From positions 1 to 35,719 of the forward strand of contig JBFMCO010000040.1 in NCBI GenBank assembly GCA_040754495.1: a stretch of 35,719 nt of DNA, in the 5' to 3' direction. Shown here one piece after another: positions 31,765 to 35,719 of this stretch (its first letter is position 1; every line of letters begins with the position of its first letter). The notes under the pieces were generated by a model. That model was not told the DNA's origin. It worked only from the letters and a program-made list of their open reading frames with translations, and did not search any database. This stretch comes from Candidatus Micrarchaeota archaeon (lineage in GTDB: Archaea > Micrarchaeota > Micrarchaeia > Anstonellales > Bilamarchaeaceae). The position numbers and the translations under genes are program-made.

Positions 31765-31998
31765 ATGAACGTGATAGTCTATTCCACGACGCACTGCCCC
31801 TGGTGCGTGAAGGTCAAGGATTTCCTGAAGCAGAGCGGCGTGGCGTACGAGGAGCGAAACGCGCAGGAGAACCCGGAATACGCGAAGGAGGTCCAGGCGA
31901 AAAGCGGGGGCCTCGCGGTGCCGGTGACCGACATCGACGGCACGATAATAATCGGATTCAACGTGAAGAAGCTGAAAGAGGCTCTGAAGCTCCCCTGA
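31765..31998 (+). CDS. Glutaredoxin/NrdH-like redoxin, CPWC (77 aa)
   Basis: VIVYS...CPWC, VPV..IDG.II.GF. Confidence 0.92.
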   Translation: MNVIVYSTTHCPWCVKVKDFLKQSGVAYEERNAQENPEYAKEVQAKSGGLAVPVTDIDGTIIIGFNVKKLKEALKLP

Positions 31999-33768
31999 CT
32001 ATTTCCCGCCTCTCTCGTAATAGAAATACTCCCCGGCAGCCCTCTGCTCCGCATCGAGCTGGCTCCCGGGCTTGTTTATCCTCGGCCTGCCGCTGTCCTT
32101 GTCGCGCCTCATCGTTATCCCGGCGACTTTCAGGAAGCCGTTCATGCCATCGCGCTTGTTGAGCGGGGCCGACGCATGGCCCTGCACCGAGCTCTTTCCG
32201 TCGAAGACGACCAGCCTGTTCGCGATTGCGTCTATGAACACGATGTCGTGGTCCACCACGAAGGCGCATTTCTCGGTCTCGCTGATTACCCTGCGCAGCA
32301 GGGAGGCGAACTCAATCCTCTGCTCGATGTCGAGGAACGCGCTCGGCTCGTCGAAGAGGTAGACTGCCGCGCGCTGGCTGAGCGCGAGGGTCAGCGCGAC
32401 GCGCTGGAGCTCCCCGCCGGAAAGCTCGGTGAGCTGCTTCTCCATGAGAATACCTACGTTGAGCTTGCGCTTGCATTCCTCGAACACGCCCAAGTCCATG
32501 TCCTTGCCCGAGAAGACCTCGCTGACAAGCACCGGCTCGGCGTTTATGTACTGCGGCTTGTAGGACACCTTCAGCGAGAGCTGCTCTCCCGAATCGGCCT
32601 TCTCGGCCCCGGCAAGCATCTTCACGAAAAGCGACTTGCCAAGGGCGTTCTTGCCGACAAGGCCGAGTATCTCGCCCTTCCTTATCTGCCCTGCCTCGCT
32701 CGAGAACGCAAAACCCGAAACACCTCTGCCAAACCGCTTTGCCAATGCCCCGTACTTAATGAGGGCCGGGGCCTTTATCTCGCCCTCGCTGTGCCTGCTG
32801 AACGCGATTTCATATTCGCGGAACCTGACGTTCTCGTCCTTGAGGAAGCCGCCTATGTACTCGTTTATGCCGACGCGGACGTTCTTCACGCCCGACACCA
32901 CGCCGTAGACGTTCTCGTCCCCGTAAAGCACATAGACGTAGTTGCTGACATAATCCAGGAAAGTCAGGTCGTGCTCGGCCATCATCACGCTCTTGCGCTC
33001 GGCAAGCTCCTTCAGGATGACCGCCATCCTGAGCCTCTCCTCTATGTCGAGGTAGTTCGTCACCTCGTCGAAGTAATAGATGTCGGCATCCTTCATGTAT
33101 GCCGCGGCAACGGATACCTTCTGAAGCTCGCCGCCCGAGAGCTGGCCGAGCTTCCGCCCCAGGATGTCCTCTATCCTGAAGAGCCTTGCCGCCTCATCGA
33201 GGCCCTTCTTGCCCCCCACGCTGCCAAGGAGCTCGGCAACCGTGCCCTTGAATGCCTCGCGTACCCTGTCTATGTGCTGCGGCTTCAGGCTGAGCTTCAT
33301 CCCCTCCTTCGTCTTCGAGAAATAGCGCCGCGCCTCGAGGGGCAGCTTCGCCAGGACCTCCTCCTCGCTCCACTCCCTGCCGAATGAGGCGAAGTTCGGC
33401 TTGAGCTGGCGCGTGAGCAGCCTCATGGCGCTCGTCTTGCCGATGCCGTTCTTGCCAATCAGCGAGACCGCGCCCTCCATGGGCAGCGGGAGGCCGTAGA
33501 GCCTGAACGTGTTGATGCCGTACTGGTATATGGGGTCGGAAAGCTCCTGCGCCACGTTGATGATGGAGATGCACGAGACCGGGCACTTCTTCACGCACAG
33601 GCCGCAGCCTATGCAGAGAGGCTCGGATATCACTGGGTAGATGCCGTCCTTCTCGACGACTATGCATTCCTCGCCCATGCGGTTGGGCGGGCAGACTTTT
33701 ATGCAGACGTAGCCGCACCTCTTCTCTATGCAGACGTCGCGGTCTATGACTGCCACTCGGGTTACCAT
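31999..33768 (-). CDS. rli: ABCE1/Rli ribosome recycling ATPase (589 aa)
   Basis: Fe-S motifs CIEKRCGYVCIKVCP and CIGCGLCVKKCP; two NBDs (GKNGIGKT/LSGGELQ/FDE and GKNALGKS/LSGGELQ/FDEP); C-terminal RPRINKPGSQLD. Start reassigned to ATG 33768. Confidence 0.96.
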   Translation of the reverse strand: MVTRVAVIDRDVCIEKRCGYVCIKVCPPNRMGEECIVVEKDGIYPVISEPLCIGCGLCVKKCPVSCISIINVAQELSDPIYQYGINTFRLYGLPLPMEGAVSLIGKNGIGKTSAMRLLTRQLKPNFASFGREWSEEEVLAKLPLEARRYFSKTKEGMKLSLKPQHIDRVREAFKGTVAELLGSVGGKKGLDEAARLFRIEDILGRKLGQLSGGELQKVSVAAAYMKDADIYYFDEVTNYLDIEERLRMAVILKELAERKSVMMAEHDLTFLDYVSNYVYVLYGDENVYGVVSGVKNVRVGINEYIGGFLKDENVRFREYEIAFSRHSEGEIKAPALIKYGALAKRFGRGVSGFAFSSEAGQIRKGEILGLVGKNALGKSLFVKMLAGAEKADSGEQLSLKVSYKPQYINAEPVLVSEVFSGKDMDLGVFEECKRKLNVGILMEKQLTELSGGELQRVALTLALSQRAAVYLFDEPSAFLDIEQRIEFASLLRRVISETEKCAFVVDHDIVFIDAIANRLVVFDGKSSVQGHASAPLNKRDGMNGFLKVAGITMRRDKDSGRPRINKPGSQLDAEQRAAGEYFYYERGGK

Positions 33769-33805
33769 CAGGAGTCTATTCCTGGATAGCAATTAAAATA
33801 CTGAG

Positions 33806-33895
33806 GTGGTTTCCAGTTCCCGGTTTCCCGTTTCGGGTTCCGGGTCCCCTCATAGCGGCACTCCCAAAACTCACAACCAGGAAACTGAAAACAAT
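33806..33895. repeat. Heptamer array plus a weaker inverted arm between divergent promoters
   Basis: GTGGTTT|CCAGTTC|CCGGTTT|CCCGTTT|CGGGTTC|CGGGTCC (33806-33847); opposite-sense AAACTCACAACCAGGAAACTGAAAAC (33867-33892). Confidence 0.8.
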
Positions 33896-33921
33896 ATAAG
33901 TCTATCCTGAGCGTTCCTGCC

Positions 33922-34158
33922 ATGGCAAAGAAGGTCATAGTCTATATGGCGGACTGGTGCCCCTGGTGCCACCGGGCCATGGATTTCCTCAAGGAGAACC
34001 AAGTCCCCTTCGAGGCCCGTGACGTGGAGACCGGGGATTATGCCAAGGAGTGCATGGAAAAAAGCGGGCAGGCCGGGATTCCTGTCATAGACATTGACGG
34101 CGAGATTATCGTCGGCTTCGACGCAAAGAAGCTCAAGGAGCTGCTCAAGCTCAAATGA
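33922..34158 (+). CDS. Glutaredoxin/NrdH-like redoxin, CPWC (78 aa)
   Basis: VIVY...CPWC, IPVIDIDGEIIVGF; paralog of 31765-31998. Confidence 0.92.
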   Translation: MAKKVIVYMADWCPWCHRAMDFLKENQVPFEARDVETGDYAKECMEKSGQAGIPVIDIDGEIIVGFDAKKLKELLKLK

Positions 34159-34168
34159 CGGCGGGAAC

Positions 34169-34291
34169 ATGATTTGCGCTAAATGCGGGAAGGAGTTCAA
34201 CGGGGGCCACGCGAAGCACAAGAAGGTGGACGACAGGAAGAAGCAGAGCGTAATGTTCTGCTCTGAAGACTGCAAGAAAATGTACGTTTGA
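34169..34291 (+). CDS. TRASH-like metal-binding mini-protein (40 aa)
   Basis: MICAKCGKEF...VMFCSEDCKKMYV: CxxC...FCSxxC; ATG 10 nt after the grx stop. Confidence 0.75.
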   Translation: MICAKCGKEFNGGHAKHKKVDDRKKQSVMFCSEDCKKMYV

Positions 34292-34330
34292 AAGAACCTA
34301 CGGTTCTTTCCATCTCCCTCCATTTGACCT

Positions 34331-34717
34331 CTACTGTATCGGCTCGCAAAGCGGCTTCTGCCCGCCCAGCCACGAATCCTTTCCGACCATCTCGACGTGA
34401 AACCGGACGCCTGCCTTGCTGCCATCATCCCAGAATATGACCTCAAGGCCCTTCGCCATGCCTGAAAGGAACTGCTCCCTGGTGGTGGTCACGGTAAGGA
34501 GCATCGTGCCCCCATCATTTTCGATTTGGCTTGCGTTCCTCAGCCTCAGCATGGCAGAGCTTCCGTCCTCCTTGCAAAAGAGCCTCAGTCTCATGATTTC
34601 CATGGTTCTGAGGCTGTCTATGGTGGGCATGTCTGCGTTAAGGACTATCTTCGGGCTGGCTTTCTGCCTCGGCTTCCAGTCACCGCCCTCGGAATTGCCA
34701 TTGAGCACGAATCCCAT
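34331..34717 (-). CDS. Hypothetical protein (128 aa)
   Basis: ATG about 25 nt downstream of a minus-strand TTTATAAA box (34739-34748). No family recognised. Confidence 0.55.
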   Translation of the reverse strand: MGFVLNGNSEGGDWKPRQKASPKIVLNADMPTIDSLRTMEIMRLRLFCKEDGSSAMLRLRNASQIENDGGTMLLTVTTTREQFLSGMAKGLEVIFWDDGSKAGVRFHVEMVGKDSWLGGQKPLCEPIQ

Positions 34718-34791
34718 GAGCTAATACTGGCCGCGAACAATTTATAAAGAGTGGTAATAGAACTAAAAAAATGATTATAAGGAAAGAAGGG

Positions 34792-35718
34792 CTAGTACGG
34801 CCTGCGGTGCCTTCGGTGGTCGCCGTGCGGCCGCTCGCCTCCGTGGTGGGACTGGCCGCCATGCCTTTCGCCACCGTGCTCCCGGCCGCCTCCCCTGCTC
34901 TGGGAATGCGCATGGCCTCCCTGCCCGCTGCCATGGCTGCGTTCTCCATACCTGGAGCCTCCACGTCCGTGGCGGAAGCCGCCGCGGTCTCCGTATCGGG
35001 GCCTTTCTCCATGGCCCCCGCCCTCGCGCGAGCCGCCTCCCGGGCCCCAGCCGCGCCCCTGCCTGTAGAAATCAGTCCCGCCCTGCTTCATCCAGGCGAA
35101 ATCAGGGTGGTCCGAGCTCATGCGCTCGTCAAGGGATTCCTTGCGCACGACGAAGTTGATCGCCTTTCCTGCCTGGCCCATCCTTCCGGTGCGGCCTATC
35201 CTGTGCAGGTGGATTTCCTCGCTCTGCGCCTTGTCGTAATTCACTATGAGCCCGAGGTCGTCTATGTGCAGGCCCCTAGCCGCGACGTTCGTGGCGACGA
35301 GCATCTTAATCCGCCCTTCCTTGAAATCGGCGAGCGTCCTGTTCCTTTGCGCCTGGGACATGTCGCCTTCCAGGACGCCGCATTTGCATCCGCGCTCCCA
35401 GAGCCTCTCCTGTAGCCTGGCCGCGCCCTTCTTGGTTTCCCTGAATACGAGGATTTTCATGCCTTCGTGGGAGCGCAGGACCTCGAGCAGCCGGGGGAAT
35501 TTCTCCCGCTCCGTCGCTTCGATGTGCTCCTGGCTTATCGTGGCCGCGGCCTCTATCTCCCCGACCTCGATGGTGTCGGGCGAGGGCACGTATTTCGAGG
35601 CGATGCTCATGATGTTCTCATCCAGCGTGGCCGAGACGAGAAGCGTCATGCGGGCCTGCGGGAGCTGGTCCAGTATGGCCGTCACCTCGTCGAGGAAGCC
35701 CATGTCGAGCATCTGGTC
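34792..35718 (-). CDS. DEAD-box RNA helicase, C-terminal part (5' end outside the window), with RGG/His-rich tail
   Basis: D.MLDMGF, SAT, motif IV VFRETK, GDMSQ..R, ATNVAARGLHI, HRIGRTGR. Confidence 0.93.
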   Translation of the reverse strand, partial: DQMLDMGFLDEVTAILDQLPQARMTLLVSATLDENIMSIASKYVPSPDTIEVGEIEAAATISQEHIEATEREKFPRLLEVLRSHEGMKILVFRETKKGAARLQERLWERGCKCGVLEGDMSQAQRNRTLADFKEGRIKMLVATNVAARGLHIDDLGLIVNYDKAQSEEIHLHRIGRTGRMGQAGKAINFVVRKESLDERMSSDHPDFAWMKQGGTDFYRQGRGWGPGGGSREGGGHGERPRYGDRGGFRHGRGGSRYGERSHGSGQGGHAHSQSRGGGREHGGERHGGQSHHGGERPHGDHRRHRRPY

Positions 35719-35719
35719 C

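Noticed and set aside
32176-33387. Long opposite-strand or alternative-frame ORFs (403 aa here; also 917-2053, 18085-19371, 21037-21879)
   Set aside because: Typical high-GC shadow ORFs over clearly identified genes.
33806-33895. Resemblance of GTTTCCAG/CTGGAAAC to archaeal ORB origin boxes (also at 17823-17905)
   Set aside because: Only a partial match, no G-string, no cdc6/orc1 nearby; explained by the heptamer family.
35250-35390. Helicase motif variants (ARGLH, LEGD) as signs of inactivation
   Set aside because: ARGLH occurs in the active E. coli RhlB, and motif VI HRIGRTGR is intact.
34771-35415. 214-aa plus-strand ORF after an AT-rich box
   Set aside because: Antisense to the helicase; the TATA-like box is better explained as the promoter of 34331-34717.

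Overview
GC-rich archaeal chromosomal window. Evidence for Archaea: ABCE1/Rli with two Fe-S motifs, a tRNA with bulge-helix-bulge (BHB) introns, TATA-like boxes about 25 nt upstream of starts, and GGTGA-type RBS. A DPANN/Micrarchaeota-like origin is my inference, not a database result. Housekeeping and metabolic genes: mevalonate-pathway decarboxylase (truncated at the left edge, absent from the ORF track), kbl/tdh threonine catabolism, a 2-oxoacid dehydrogenase complex (E1a, E1b, E2, E3) with lipA, PolX-PHP, ilvE, ABCE1 flanked by two CPWC glutaredoxins, and a DEAD-box helicase (truncated at the right edge). Accessory highlights: (i) a coupled operon 5934-11564 of an AbrB-like regulator, an 11-repeat alpha/alpha-toroid surface protein, a 7TM-ATP-grasp fusion and a membrane-anchored transglutaminase-like protein with Cys->Ser; (ii) strongly Lys-depleted orphans, one with an intact Cys-His-Asp triad and 1 Lys in 610 aa, another beta-barrel-like; (iii) tRNA-Pro(CGG) with two BHB introns (37/38 and 59/60); (iv) a dispersed degenerate 7-nt repeat family (consensus about CCGGTTT) in intergenic DNA and disordered coding linkers. 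No CRISPR array, rRNA or recognisable mobile element was seen. Several start codons were reassigned by eye and remain uncertain. Family calls come from motif recognition, not searches.
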